NCBI GenBank assembly: GCA_035716185.1
Contig: DASTJZ010000055.1
Span: forward strand, 13,565-77,564
DNA: 64,000 nucleotides
From: Candidatus Dormiibacterota bacterium
Lineage (GTDB): Bacteria; Chloroflexota; Dormibacteria; CF-121
Direction: 5' to 3'
The notes under the pieces were generated by a model. It searched no databases and was not told the origin of the DNA. It was given only the letters and a program-made list of their open reading frames with translations. Made by a program: the position numbers and the translations under genes. Positions 1 through 9,031 of the stretch are shown here, piece by piece (the first letter of the stretch is position 1; each line of letters opens with the position of its first letter).

Positions 1-1382
1 TGCAGGTCACCGAAAAAGGAATTCTTCCAGCCGGTGAAGGGGAAGAACGCCATCGGGGCGGCAACCCCGATGTTCACGCCCAGCATGCCTGCCTGGGCGC
101 GGCGCTTGAACTCCCTTGCGTTCTTGCCCGAGCTGGTGAAGATGGAGGCCATGTTGCCGTAGGTGCTACGGTTCAGCACGTCGAGCGCCTCGTCGATGTC
201 GGAGGCACGCACGACCGAGAGCACCGGGCCGAACAGCTCCTCCTTCCAGATCCTCATGTCGGGCGTGACGCGATCGAAGATGGTAGGCGCCAGGAAGAAG
301 CCGTCCTGCTGCCCGACACTCCGGCCGTCCGTGACGAGTTCGGCGCCTTCGGTCTTGGCTTCATCGATGTACTCGATCAGCTTTTGTTTCCGCTCGCCGC
401 GAATCACCGGGCCCATGGTGGTCTGGGGGTCAGTGCCCGGGCCAACCTTGATCTCGCGCGCTTCCTGGGCCAGCTCCCGGACCAGCGCATCACCGATCTT
501 GCCAACGCCGACGGCGACGCTTCCGGCCAGGCAGCGCTGGCCGGCGTTGCCGAAGGCCGAGGAGATCACGTGCGGCGCAGAAAGTTCGAGATCGGCGTCA
601 TCCATGACCAGGATGTGGTTCTTCGCGCCGCCCAGCGCCTGGACTCGCTTGCCTTTGGCGGCGGCCGTCGCATAGATGTAGGCGGCCACTTTAGCCGAAC
701 CAACGAACGAGATGGCGGCGACGTCGGGATGGGTCAAGAGCTGGTTCACGGCATCGTTTGCCCCGTGAACCACGTTGAACACGCCCGCGGGCAGACCCGC
801 CTCCTGCAACAGCTCCGCGATCCGCATCGCGGACAGCGGCGTCAGCTGTGAGGGTTTGAGCACGAAGGTGTTGCCCAGAACGATCGCGACCGGGATCATC
901 CACAGCGGCACCATGTTGGGGAAGTTGAAGGGTGTGATGCCGGCCACGACCCCGACCGGGAAACGGGTCAGCTGCTCGTCGATGCCGCGCGCGATCTGAT
1001 CCAGGTTTTGCCCCATCATCAGGGTGGGCGCTCCGCAGGCGAAGTCGATCACCTCGATGGCACGCTTGACTTCGCCGCGGGATTCTTCCAGGGTCTTGCC
1101 GTTTTCCTGGGTCACAAGCGCGGAGAGTTCCTCGAAGTGTGTGTCGAACAGCGCCTTGAAGCGGAACATCACCTGGGCCCGATCCGGGACCGGCGTCTCG
1201 CTCCATCCGGCGAAGGCCTTCTTCGCCGCGGCCACGGCTTCGTCGATTTCCTCGCGAGTGGAGTAGGGCAGGCTGGCGATCGTCTCGCCCGTGGCGGGAT
1301 TCGGAATTGGATCCGCTTTGCCGGCGGGTGACTCACGGAACTTGCCACCGATGTAGCTCTGCACGGTTTTGGTCGCGATCAT
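1..1382 (-). CDS. mmsA: CoA-acylating methylmalonate/malonate-semialdehyde dehydrogenase; C-terminus lies beyond the window edge
   Basis: Not in the ORF track because its stop lies outside the window. Reverse-complement translation from the ATG at 1382 gives MIATKTVQSYIGGKF...GITPFNFP...FPFTGWKNSFFGDL, an ALDH fold with the MMSDH C-terminal signature. Its start overlaps the upstream stop (ATGA at 1379-1382). Confidence 0.85.
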   Translation of the reverse strand, partial: MIATKTVQSYIGGKFRESPAGKADPIPNPATGETIASLPYSTREEIDEAVAAAKKAFAGWSETPVPDRAQVMFRFKALFDTHFEELSALVTQENGKTLEESRGEVKRAIEVIDFACGAPTLMMGQNLDQIARGIDEQLTRFPVGVVAGITPFNFPNMVPLWMIPVAIVLGNTFVLKPSQLTPLSAMRIAELLQEAGLPAGVFNVVHGANDAVNQLLTHPDVAAISFVGSAKVAAYIYATAAAKGKRVQALGGAKNHILVMDDADLELSAPHVISSAFGNAGQRCLAGSVAVGVGKIGDALVRELAQEAREIKVGPGTDPQTTMGPVIRGERKQKLIEYIDEAKTEGAELVTDGRSVGQQDGFFLAPTIFDRVTPDMRIWKEELFGPVLSVVRASDIDEALDVLNRSTYGNMASIFTSSGKNAREFKRRAQAGMLGVNIGVAAPMAFFPFTGWKNSFFGDL

Positions 1383-2797
1383 GCTCTTGCTCCTACCGGG
1401 CTGGGTTCACCGGCCGGCGCGCCGTGGAAAGCGGCGCGGCGAATGAACTGTCCGGCGCCTTTGCGTCCCTGGAACTGCCCATCCTTGACCAGGATATTGC
1501 CCCGTTGCATCACGACTTCAGGAAGGCCGCGGACGCTCATGCCCTCGTAGCAACTGTAGTCCACGTTCATGTGATGGGTCTTCGCCGAGAGGGTGCGCTC
1601 GACCCTCGGATTGAAGATCACGATGTCGGCGTCACTACCCGGGGCGATCGTGCCTTTGCGGGGGAACAGCCCGAACATCTTCGCCGGCGCGGTGGCCACC
1701 AGCTCGACGAACCGATTGAGGGTGATCCGGCCGGAGTTGACGCCGCCGTGGAAGATCAGCGTGAACCGATCCTCGACCCCGGGAAGGCCGTTCGGAATCT
1801 TCGAGAAGTCGCCCTTCCCGAGGTCCTTTTGCCCCTTGAAGTGAAACGGGCAATGGTCGGTGGCGACCAGCTGCAGGTCGTCCTGCAGCAAGCCTTTCCA
1901 GAGCTCGTCATGGTGTGCCGGCGGCCGCAGCGGCGGTGAGCACACATACTTGGCGCCCTCGAAGCCCGGCCGGCCGAGATCGTCCAGGCTCAGGTAGAGG
2001 TACTGGGGACAGGTCTCGGCAAAGGCCGGCGCGCCGTCGTCGCGCGCTTCCCGCACCGCATCGAGCGCCTCTTTCGAGCTGAGATGCACGATGTAGACGG
2101 CGACGTCAGCCAGTCGGGCCAGTGCGATGGCCCGACCGGTGGCTTCCCCTTCCATGCTGGCCGGCCGCGTCAAGCCGTGATTGATCGGATCTCCTTTGCC
2201 CTCGGCGAGATAGCGCTTGACCAGCACGTCGATGGCACCGCCGTTCTCGGCGTGCATCATGATCAGTCCGCCGTTCTCCGCGGTGCGGCTCATAGCTCTG
2301 AAGATCGAGGCGTCGTCGAGCATGAAGACGCCTGGATAAGCCATGAAGAGCTTGAAGGACGGGACGCCTTCTTTGACGAGCTCATCCATCTCTTTGAGGA
2401 CGTTGTCATTGACCTCGCGGACGATCACGTGGAAGCCATAGTCGATGTGTGCCTTCCCCTCCGCCTTCTGATGCCACTGATCCAGACCAGCCCGCAGCGT
2501 CTGGCCGTAGGTCTGGACCGCGAAATCCACGATCGTCGTGGTGCCGCCCCAGGCAGCCGCGGCGGTACCGGTGGCGAAGTCGTCAGAGGCGAAGGTGCCA
2601 CCGAAGGGCAGCTCCATGTGGGTGTGGACGTCGACGGCGCCGGGCATCACGTACCGACCTTCGGCATCGAGCACCTGGTCGGCCCGGACGTCGAGCTCAT
2701 TGCCGATGGCGGCGACCTTCTCGCCGTCGATCAGCACGTCCGCCTTGGATGTATCGCTGGCGGTGACGACCGTGCCGTTCTTGATCAGCGTCTTCAT
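1379..2797 (-). CDS. dihydropyrimidinase / D-hydantoinase (cyclic amidohydrolase)
   Basis: 472 aa. DVHTHMELPF metal-binding motif, carboxylated-Lys region and overall length are typical. Stop-start overlaps with both neighbours. Confidence 0.9.
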   Translation of the reverse strand: MKTLIKNGTVVTASDTSKADVLIDGEKVAAIGNELDVRADQVLDAEGRYVMPGAVDVHTHMELPFGGTFASDDFATGTAAAAWGGTTTIVDFAVQTYGQTLRAGLDQWHQKAEGKAHIDYGFHVIVREVNDNVLKEMDELVKEGVPSFKLFMAYPGVFMLDDASIFRAMSRTAENGGLIMMHAENGGAIDVLVKRYLAEGKGDPINHGLTRPASMEGEATGRAIALARLADVAVYIVHLSSKEALDAVREARDDGAPAFAETCPQYLYLSLDDLGRPGFEGAKYVCSPPLRPPAHHDELWKGLLQDDLQLVATDHCPFHFKGQKDLGKGDFSKIPNGLPGVEDRFTLIFHGGVNSGRITLNRFVELVATAPAKMFGLFPRKGTIAPGSDADIVIFNPRVERTLSAKTHHMNVDYSCYEGMSVRGLPEVVMQRGNILVKDGQFQGRKGAGQFIRRAAFHGAPAGEPSPVGARA

Positions 2798-3639
2798 GGC
2801 AGCTCTTTGACCAGGTCTTCGTAGGTCTCCGGCCGCCGATCGCGCAGGAACTGCCAGGTGTTGCGAACCTCACGGTTCATGTCCAGGTCGAGGTCGCAGA
2901 CCAGCACCTCGTCCTCGGTCTCGGAGGCTTTGCCGATGATCCTGCCGCGGGGATCGCAGAAATAGCTCGAACCGTAGAACTGCGCCTCGTTCAAGGGTTT
3001 TTCGACGCCGACCCGATTGATGGCGCCGATCCAGTAGCCGTTGGCCACCGCGTGCGCGGGCTGCTCCAGTTCCCAGAGATAGCGCGACAGCGATTTCACG
3101 GTGGCCGATGGGTTGAACACCAGCTCGGCCCCCTTCAAACCCAGCTCGCGCGCCGGCTCTGGGAAATGCCGGTCATAGCAGATGAGCAGGCCCACTCGCC
3201 CGACCGAGGTTTTCCATACCGGGTAGCCAAGGTTTCCAGGCTTGAAATAGAACTTCTCCCAGAAGCACGGACCGACGTGCGGGATGTGGGTTTTTCGATA
3301 TTTCCCGACCACCGTCCCGTCGTTCTCGATCACCACCGCGGTGTTGTAGTAGACGCCCGTCTGCGCCTCCTCATAGAAAGGCACGACCAGGACCATCTTG
3401 TGCTTCCTGGCCAGCTCCTGCATCCGCTTGATGGTGGGACCGTCGTCCGGTTCGGCAGTGTCGTACCACTTCGTGTTCTGCTCGGCTGGAAAGTAGGGGC
3501 CGAAGAAAATCTCCTGCAGGCAGGTGATCTGGGCGCCCTTCTGCGCCGCCTGTCCAATCAGTTCCTCGTGCTTTACGATCGCCTCTTCCTTGGGCATGTT
3601 GGCGTACGCCTGGATCAGCGCCGCCCGCACCTTCGCCAT
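2794..3639 (-). CDS. nitrilase-superfamily (CN-hydrolase) N-carbamoyl amidohydrolase: beta-ureidopropionase / N-carbamoyl-amino-acid amidohydrolase type
   Basis: 281 aa with a CN-hydrolase fold (Glu-Lys-Cys region ...GLLICYD...). Lies next to the hydantoinase. ATGA coupling at 2794-2797. Confidence 0.8.
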   Translation of the reverse strand: MAKVRAALIQAYANMPKEEAIVKHEELIGQAAQKGAQITCLQEIFFGPYFPAEQNTKWYDTAEPDDGPTIKRMQELARKHKMVLVVPFYEEAQTGVYYNTAVVIENDGTVVGKYRKTHIPHVGPCFWEKFYFKPGNLGYPVWKTSVGRVGLLICYDRHFPEPARELGLKGAELVFNPSATVKSLSRYLWELEQPAHAVANGYWIGAINRVGVEKPLNEAQFYGSSYFCDPRGRIIGKASETEDEVLVCDLDLDMNREVRNTWQFLRDRRPETYEDLVKELP

Positions 3640-3660
3640 GAATACTCGCCTCCTCGCTAC

Positions 3661-3682
3661 ATGCGGGGGGAATCCCCCGCAT
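3661..3682 (-). promoter_or_regulatory. intercistronic perfect hairpin (9-bp stem ATGCGGGGG/CCCCCGCAT, 4-nt loop) between the LLM and amidohydrolase genes
   Basis: Read directly in the sequence. In the mRNA sense it sits just upstream of the GAGGAGG RBS of the 2794-3639 gene. There is no U-tract. Confidence 0.3.
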
Positions 3683-3698
3683 TCCCCCTGAACATTAA

Positions 3699-4697
3699 CT
3701 AACGGAACGCCGGGATGATCGCCTCGCCGTATTTTTTGATAACGACCTCGGGTTTTTCCACCATCAGGTAGAGATTGAACTGGTCGACGCCGACATCGAT
3801 CAATTCTTCGATACGCCGCTTGCTGTCGTCGACCGTCCCGATCACACAGAACCGGTCGATCACATCATCGGGAACGAAGTCGGCGTGCGCGGCACCTCGC
3901 TTCGCATGATCCTGGTAGTCGTAGTGATCGCGCGCTTTGATGTAGTCGGTCAGCGGCTGGGGCAGGTCTTTCACGTCGTAGCGCTTGAGCAGATCGACGA
4001 CGTGGTTCGAGACCAGCGCTGGGAACCAGCGTACTTGCTCCCGCGCCGCTTCCAGGTCATCCGAGATGAACGCCGGTGCGGCCGCCTGGATCTGGATGTC
4101 GTCAAAAGATCGGCCGGCCTCGTCGGCGCCTTCGCGTACGAACTGGAGGCACCATTTGATGATGGCCGGATCCGCCAGCTGGATGATTACCCCGTTCGCG
4201 ACCCGCCCCGCAGCGCGCAGAGCCTTCGGGCCGTAACCGGCGACCCAGATGGGGAGCTCGTGCTCCGCCCACTTGATCCGGACTTTGACGCCGTCGTAGC
4301 TGACTTCGCGACCCGCCGCGAGGTCACGGATCAGCCGGCAATCAGCCTCCATCTGCTCGACCGAGACCGGTTTCTGGCCGAGCACCCGCCGGGCACTATC
4401 GCCGCGACCAATGCCCATCACCATCCGGCCACCCGAGATCTCGTTCAGAGTCGCCAGCGCGCTGGCGGTGACGGTAGGATCGCGCGTCCCCGGGTTGGTG
4501 ACGCACGGCCCGATCTTGATGGTCTTCGTGTTGGCGGCCATCAGGGTGAAGATCGGATAGACCTCCTGCCAGAGGACGTGCGAGTCGAAGAGCCAGGCGT
4601 AGTCGAACCCCTGATCCTCGGCGAGCTTCGTCAGGTCCACCCACCGGCTGGGGGGCGGATCGGGAGCGAAGCAAACGCCAAAGCTCAAACGGGCCAT
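3699..4697 (-). CDS. LLM-class (luciferase-like) flavin/F420-dependent oxidoreductase
   Basis: 332 aa with a TIM-barrel LLM signature (…LNEISGGRMVMGIGRGD…). Strong RBS GAGGAAGGA precedes the ATG. Confidence 0.8.
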   Translation of the reverse strand: MARLSFGVCFAPDPPPSRWVDLTKLAEDQGFDYAWLFDSHVLWQEVYPIFTLMAANTKTIKIGPCVTNPGTRDPTVTASALATLNEISGGRMVMGIGRGDSARRVLGQKPVSVEQMEADCRLIRDLAAGREVSYDGVKVRIKWAEHELPIWVAGYGPKALRAAGRVANGVIIQLADPAIIKWCLQFVREGADEAGRSFDDIQIQAAAPAFISDDLEAAREQVRWFPALVSNHVVDLLKRYDVKDLPQPLTDYIKARDHYDYQDHAKRGAAHADFVPDDVIDRFCVIGTVDDSKRRIEELIDVGVDQFNLYLMVEKPEVVIKKYGEAIIPAFR

Positions 4698-4714
4698 TTT
4701 CCTTCCTCAAAATG

Positions 4715-4747
4715 CTGGAGCCCCCGCCGCGTGCATGGGGGCTCCAG
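4715..4747 (-). promoter_or_regulatory. strong intercistronic hairpin (11-bp perfect stem CTGGAGCCCCC/GGGGGCTCCAG, 11-nt loop) between the permease and LLM genes
   Basis: Read directly in the sequence. Followed in the mRNA sense by only UUUU. Possible attenuator or partial terminator, or an mRNA stability element. Confidence 0.35.
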
Positions 4748-4764
4748 CGCGTCTTACGCCGAGT

Positions 4765-6345
4765 TTAGGTCGCCGCTGCAGGTTGCGGACGGCGCCGCAC
4801 CGCGCCCGCCGGGAAGGCAGCCGAGAGAATCAGGTAACTCACGAACGCCACCACCAATCCCACGATCCAGCTGTAGTCGTAGAAGGTGAAGGGTTGGTAG
4901 AGGAACGGTATCAGCCCCTTCGCCGGGAAGGGACCGGTCGTGCCTGGGGCGGTATACGCCCCTCCTACCGCGAGCACGCCGCCCAGCAATAGACTCACCA
5001 GGCCGCGCCAGTTGAAGCCGGCCGAGTAGCGATACTCGCCCTTTTCGCGGTAGAGGTCGCCGAGTTTGAGGATCGTGCTGCGCATCACCCAGTAGTCGGC
5101 GATCAGGACGCCAGCGATGGCGCCGAGGGCGCCGCCGTAGAACCCAAGCCAGGTGAAGATGTAGACGTGTGGGTCTGAGTACAGGCGCCACGGTTGGATG
5201 GCGATGCCGAGCACGCCCGTGATCAGACCGCCAAGGCGGAAGCTGATCAATTTGGGAATCGCGTTCGAGAAGTCATACGACGGGCTCACCACGTTCGCCG
5301 CGATGTTGACCGACAGCGTCGCCACGGCCAGCGTGAAGAGCGCCAGGACGATGATGACCGGATTGTTGAACTTCGAGGTCAGCACGATCGGGTCCCAGAT
5401 CGCCTTGCCATAGACGACCACCGTTGCCGAGGTGATTAGAACGGCCAGCAGCGGGAACAGCGTCATCGTCGTCGGCAAGCCGAGTGTCTGGCCAAGCGCC
5501 TGGGCGCGCTGGCTCTTACCGAATCGGGTGAAGTCGGGCATGTTGAGGGAGAGCGTCGACCAGAACGCGATCTGCGCCATCAGGGCTGGGAAGAAGAGCT
5601 TCCAGAAGGACCCGCCCCAGCCGAGGCTTCCGTTCTGCGTGACGATCGGGCCCAGACCACCGGCCTTGATCACCATCCAGCCCAGCAGGAAGAGGGCAAC
5701 GAGGATCACGAAGGGAGCAGCCCAGTTTTCGAACCGGCGAACCGCATTGATGCCGCGCACGATGATCGCGATGTTGAGAACCCAGAAGATCGCGAAACTC
5801 AACCATAGGGTCCAATGCTGTCCGGCGACCATCCCGGCGTTGATCCAGCTGCTTCCAAAGAGGGAGCCGGCCAGCGTATAGAGGGCCTCGCCACCGATCC
5901 AGGTCTGGATCCCAAACCAGCCGCACGCCACACCTGCTCGGAGCAAGGCGGCCACGTTGGCGCCAAAAACGCCAAAGGACGCGCGGGCGAAGACCGGGTA
6001 GGGAATGCCGTACTTGGTGCCGGCATGACTATTGAGCAGCATCGGGACAAGGACGATGAAGTTGGCGAGCGAGATGGTGATGATGGCCTGATACCAGGAC
6101 ATGCCGAGCACGACGAGCCCGGCCGCCAGGCCGTAGGTCGGGAGGTTGTGGGCCATGCCGACCCAGAGCGCCATGTAGTTGTAGGTATTCCAGGTCCGCT
6201 CCTTGATCGGGACCGGCGCCAGGTCCTTGTTGTAGAGCGGGCTCTCTCGAATTGCTGAATCCTCGGCCAGCTCGTGCCGGCCATCTGGATAGACGAGCTC
6301 CTCCCCCACACGTTGCGCCGGCGGCGTATAGGTCGCGACTCCCAT
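4765..6345 (-). CDS. NCS1 family nucleobase/hydantoin:cation symporter (uracil / allantoin / hydantoin permease type)
   Basis: 526 aa with 12 TM segments and NCS1-like sequence. RBS AAGGAGGGGAAG precedes the ATG at 6345. First gene of the catabolic operon. Confidence 0.9.
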   Translation of the reverse strand: MGVATYTPPAQRVGEELVYPDGRHELAEDSAIRESPLYNKDLAPVPIKERTWNTYNYMALWVGMAHNLPTYGLAAGLVVLGMSWYQAIITISLANFIVLVPMLLNSHAGTKYGIPYPVFARASFGVFGANVAALLRAGVACGWFGIQTWIGGEALYTLAGSLFGSSWINAGMVAGQHWTLWLSFAIFWVLNIAIIVRGINAVRRFENWAAPFVILVALFLLGWMVIKAGGLGPIVTQNGSLGWGGSFWKLFFPALMAQIAFWSTLSLNMPDFTRFGKSQRAQALGQTLGLPTTMTLFPLLAVLITSATVVVYGKAIWDPIVLTSKFNNPVIIVLALFTLAVATLSVNIAANVVSPSYDFSNAIPKLISFRLGGLITGVLGIAIQPWRLYSDPHVYIFTWLGFYGGALGAIAGVLIADYWVMRSTILKLGDLYREKGEYRYSAGFNWRGLVSLLLGGVLAVGGAYTAPGTTGPFPAKGLIPFLYQPFTFYDYSWIVGLVVAFVSYLILSAAFPAGAVRRRPQPAAAT

Positions 6346-6372
6346 GCTTCCCCTCCTTGAATTTGGGTGCCT

Positions 6373-6403
6373 GTTTGGCGAGCTAAATTTACGTTCGGCG
6401 AGC
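6373..6403. promoter_or_regulatory. direct repeat GTTTGGCGAGC / GTTCGGCGAGC separated by the AT-rich TAAATTTAC, in a divergent promoter region
   Basis: Read directly in the sequence. Lies between the catabolic operon start (6345, minus strand) and the membrane-protein gene (plus strand). Confidence 0.2.
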
Positions 6404-6421
6404 GCCTAAGTCAATGGCCGT

Positions 6422-7225
6422 TTGGAGCCCGACCTAGACTACTGCCGGTTGCCGCCAACGCTTCTCTTGAAGGTCATCGTCACACCCGCCCTGATCACGG
6501 CGGCCACCCTGGTTGGCCGCCGCTGGGGGGAGGCGATGAGCGGCTGGCTCGTCGGGCTCCCCTTGACCTCCGGGCCGGTGGTCCTCTTCCTGGCAATCGA
6601 GCAGGGGAGCCACTTCGCCTCGGCAGCCGCCCTCGGGGTCGTCCTGGGCGTCGCCTCCCAGGCCGTGTTCGCGCTGGCCTATATCTGGCTGGGGAAATCG
6701 GACGGATGGATGCCCCGAGCGCTGTCGGGCACCGTCGCTTTCGCCATCGCCACCGTGGTCTTCCAACTGATTCGGATGCCGGCTGCGATCGAGCCCCTCT
6801 TCGTCTTCGCTTCGCTCCTGCTGGCGATCGCGCTAATGCCGCGCGGCCGGCCCAGGGAGAAAGCTGTCCCTGCGCCGCGGGGCGACCTCCCGCTGCGGAT
6901 CATCGTCGCCACGGCTCTCGTCGTGGGGTTGACAACGGTCGCACCGGTTTTGGGAGCCTATTTGAGCGGGCTGATCTTGCCCTTTCCGCTGTACGCGGCG
7001 ATCCTGGCCGTCTTCGCGCACCGGCTTGGCGGTCTTGGAGCTGCCACGGCCGTGTGGCGCGGCCTGTTGTTCGGCCTGTTCTCTTTCCTGACGTTCTTCA
7101 CCGTGATCGCGCTCACGCTGGTGCCGCTCGGGATACTCGCCGGGTTCGTGCTAGCGATCATCTCCGCGATGGTCGTGCAGGCGGCAACGCTGGTCGTCCT
7201 TCGATCCGAACCAAGCCGAAACTGA
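6422..7225 (+). CDS. polytopic integral membrane protein, function unknown
   Basis: Hydrophobic 267-aa ORF starting at TTG. An alternative ATG start at 6536 has a strong GGGGGGAGG RBS. The long overlapping ORF 6367-8148 in another frame is spurious upstream of 7234. Confidence 0.6.
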   Translation: MEPDLDYCRLPPTLLLKVIVTPALITAATLVGRRWGEAMSGWLVGLPLTSGPVVLFLAIEQGSHFASAAALGVVLGVASQAVFALAYIWLGKSDGWMPRALSGTVAFAIATVVFQLIRMPAAIEPLFVFASLLLAIALMPRGRPREKAVPAPRGDLPLRIIVATALVVGLTTVAPVLGAYLSGLILPFPLYAAILAVFAHRLGGLGAATAVWRGLLFGLFSFLTFFTVIALTLVPLGILAGFVLAIISAMVVQAATLVVLRSEPSRN

Positions 7226-7233
7226 GACGGCTG

Positions 7234-8148
7234 ATGGCATTCCAGGACAGCCGTTCCGAGTACGCAACCCGAATGCATCGCGTCCTGGAGTACATCGATC
7301 AGCATCTCGACTCGCCCCTCGAGCTCGAAACGCTTGCCAGCGTCGCGAATTTCTCTTCGTTCCACTTCCATCGCCTCTTCACCGCATGGATGGGCGAAAC
7401 GCTCGGCGGATACTTGCGGCGGCGGCGGCTCGAGAGAGCAGCCCAGCGACTGGTCACGCAGCCGCGCCAACCGGTGTTGCAAGTCGCTCTGTCCGTCGGA
7501 TTTAGTTCGACCGAGGCGTTTGCCCACGCCTTCAAGGCGAGGTTCGGCACGACGCCCACCGCTTGGAGGTCGGCAGAATACCGCAAGCGAAGTCAGCTGA
7601 AGCGCAATGCCGATCAGGCAATTGGGCACGGCGCGATAGATGATCGGACCATGGAAAACAGAACGATCGCACCATCGATGAACGTCAGGCTCATCGACCG
7701 CCAGCCGACAAATGTCGCCTACCTTCGTCATATCGGGCCGTACGGCCAGCCGCTCTCGGAATTCTGGGAACAGACCTACTACCCGTGGGCAGTCACCAAC
7801 AATCTGATAGGCCGGCCTCGTTACGGCATTGCTCACGACGATCCTGGCGTCACCGCGACTGAGAAGCTGCGCTACGACGCCGCGGTTGAGGTCCCGCCAC
7901 ATTTCGTCGGCGCCGGCAAATATATGACGACGGTTATTCCGGGTGGCAAATACGCGGCCGCAGGATTCCGGGGCACTGGCGCAGACATCGGTCCGGCCTG
8001 GGAGTCGCTGCTACGAGACTGGCTGCCGAGCAGTGGCATGCAGCTCGACGGACGGCCCCTCTTCGAGTACTACTCGAGCGAAGCGGCGTACGACCCGGAC
8101 TCAGGCGTCTTCGAGTGCGAGCTCTGCATTCCGGTCATTGCGCTCTGA
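7234..8148 (+). CDS. AraC family transcriptional regulator with C-terminal GyrI-like (AraC_E_bind) effector domain
   Basis: N-terminal HTH_AraC (…FHFHRLFTAWMGETLGGYLRRRRLERAAQRL…) and a C-terminal GyrI-like domain. The ATG lies 8 nt after the stop of the previous gene. Confidence 0.85.
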   Translation: MAFQDSRSEYATRMHRVLEYIDQHLDSPLELETLASVANFSSFHFHRLFTAWMGETLGGYLRRRRLERAAQRLVTQPRQPVLQVALSVGFSSTEAFAHAFKARFGTTPTAWRSAEYRKRSQLKRNADQAIGHGAIDDRTMENRTIAPSMNVRLIDRQPTNVAYLRHIGPYGQPLSEFWEQTYYPWAVTNNLIGRPRYGIAHDDPGVTATEKLRYDAAVEVPPHFVGAGKYMTTVIPGGKYAAAGFRGTGADIGPAWESLLRDWLPSSGMQLDGRPLFEYYSSEAAYDPDSGVFECELCIPVIAL

Positions 8149-8185
8149 GGAAGTGGGCCGGTCGGCTCGCAGCGGACTAACTGGC

Positions 8186-9031
8186 CTACAGATCTCGGCG
8201 GGCGAAACTCCAGTTGGCCAATCCGAGCACGGCCACGACCCAGGCGACAGCCCAGCCGATGTAGGCCGCAGGTAGGGGCGACTCAGCAAAGAATGGATTC
8301 CCAGCCCGGGCCCGTCCAGCAGCCCTGGCAATGGCGAGGATGTCGGACGGCTCCAGGTAATAGACCGCACCATGCCAGAGCCCGTCCGTGGGGATGAGCA
8401 GCCGGCACTCATTCCCAATCGCCGTGATCGTGTCATTGCCAAAGGCCAGCCCGATCGCCAGGGCGATGCCGCCGATCCAGGCCACGAAGAAGAGCACCAG
8501 GGCGATGACGCCGCCGGTCATGGGCGCGAGCCGGGTGCTGAGCAACAGGGCCAGCGTCATCAGGACGATGCCTTCGGCAGCGACGAACGCCAGCGCCGCC
8601 GCTGGATTTGGCGGCAGATAGCTGGTCCCCAGCCAGATCCCGATCATCTCCAGGACCCCGCTCAATCCCGCATAGAGGATGATCAGCGCCGCGAGCCCGA
8701 TCCACTTTCCCATCAGCACCTCGCTCCGCCGGATGGGTCGCGGCAGGATGGCCAGCGCGATCCCCGATTCGATGTCGGCGGCGATGGCCGGTGCGGCAAC
8801 CAGGGTGGATCCGAGCGCGAGCACGCCGCTGAACATGAAGGCAACCAGGATCGTGAGCTGCGACGCCGCCACCCGGACCTCCGCCGGGGTGACGTCCTTC
8901 ACCGTTGGGAGTCGGCTGAATCCCCAGCTGGTCAGCACGATGACCGCCAGTGTCAAACCCGCCAGGGCGAGGAGCAGCTTGCGGCGAGAGGCTTCGAGGA
9001 CCGTGAGGCGGGCGATGGTGAGCACGCGCAT
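8186..9031 (-). CDS. ABC-2 type exporter permease
   Basis: Six-TM hydrophobic protein starting MRVLTIARL. Its start overlaps the ATPase stop (TGATG). The N-terminal part of ORF 8186-9643 is spurious. Confidence 0.8.
   Translation of the reverse strand: MRVLTIARLTVLEASRRKLLLALAGLTLAVIVLTSWGFSRLPTVKDVTPAEVRVAASQLTILVAFMFSGVLALGSTLVAAPAIAADIESGIALAILPRPIRRSEVLMGKWIGLAALIILYAGLSGVLEMIGIWLGTSYLPPNPAAALAFVAAEGIVLMTLALLLSTRLAPMTGGVIALVLFFVAWIGGIALAIGLAFGNDTITAIGNECRLLIPTDGLWHGAVYYLEPSDILAIARAAGRARAGNPFFAESPLPAAYIGWAVAWVVAVLGLANWSFARRDL

Noticed and set aside
3885-4889. 334-aa plus-strand ORF, with other long antisense ORFs such as 1307-1939, 9082-9966, 9963-10991, 61801-62685 and 62619-63383
   Set aside because: All lie opposite well-supported genes. 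They have biased composition, no motifs and no ribosome-binding sites.
6367-7233. N-terminal 290 codons of the 593-aa plus-strand ORF
   Set aside because: Only the C-terminal part from the ATG at 7234 is AraC/GyrI-like. The upstream part overlaps the membrane-protein frame and is Arg/Pro/Gly junk.
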